A stretch of DNA of 62,592 bases, counting the filler, from Choristocarpus tenellus KU-1152 (taxonomy: Eukaryota > Protista > Phaeophyceae), in the NCBI GenBank assembly GCA_964200185.2. It is 12 parts of 12 records of this genome, joined end to end, with 100 filler letters (N's around TTAATTAATTAA, not from the genome) between each part and the next. Parts side by side here need not be neighbours in the genome. Positions count along the whole stretch, not along the records: positions 55,593 to 62,592 come from CAXNAD020006893.1; 11 more parts are not named here. The stretch is one strand, 5' to 3'. Each line of letters begins with the position of its first letter. The first letter of the stretch is position 1. This document shows positions 62,380 through 62,592 of the stretch, one piece after another. The notes beneath the pieces were generated by a model. That model did not search any database. It was not told the origin of the DNA and saw only the letters and a list, made by a program, of their open reading frames with translations. Both the position numbers and the translations under genes were made by a program.

Positions 62380-62569
62380 GGCTCAAAGTAGCTTGGGGGG
62401 GGGGGGGAGGGGGGAAGCTACATGAGGGTGTCCATTTGGGCCCTGACCAGGAAAAGTGCACTTACCTTATCCATCCGACACATGCAACCAAATCACCCAA
62501 AAATTACAACATGGAAAAATGGGCGCCAAATGGACAGCCGTCACCCCCCCCCCCCAGATACTCTGAGCC
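62380..62569 (+). mobile_element. MITE family A, full length
   Basis: GGCTCAAAGTAGCTT-polyG...CCAAATGGACAG..polyC-AGATACTCTGAGCC. Confidence 0.88.
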
Positions 62570-62592
62570 AAGCCACACCCCAAACACGCACC

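Overview
This window is eukaryotic, intron-rich nuclear DNA, most likely from a brown alga or related stramenopile. That call rests on GT/GC-AG spliced genes, stramenopile-like KRE6/SKN1, kinesin-3 and LRR proteins, and interstitial CCCTAA repeats. It is not one locus: twelve contigs (about 2.5-8 kb each) are joined by an artificial 100-bp linker (N44-TTAATTAATTAA-N44), so gene neighbourhoods across linkers mean nothing. Exon chains reconstructed by hand give partial genes for a Zn-dependent MDR dehydrogenase, a TALE-class homeodomain protein, a kinesin-3 motor, a KRE6/SKN1 GH16 protein, a coiled-coil protein, a kinesin-3-tail-like protein, an RNI-like LRR protein and a C2H2 plus BAH-like protein. 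TE debris includes a Ty3/Gypsy RT, an RTE-like LINE, CRE-like non-LTR fragments and an IS630/Tc1-like transposase fragment. The most striking structure is about 35 copies of four MITE families with different interiors. They share one terminal signature (G-NNN-CAAAGTA...TACTTTG-NNN-C) and have 3-4-bp, non-TWA target duplications, and they sit at most contig breaks. No CRISPR array, rRNA or tRNA is supported.
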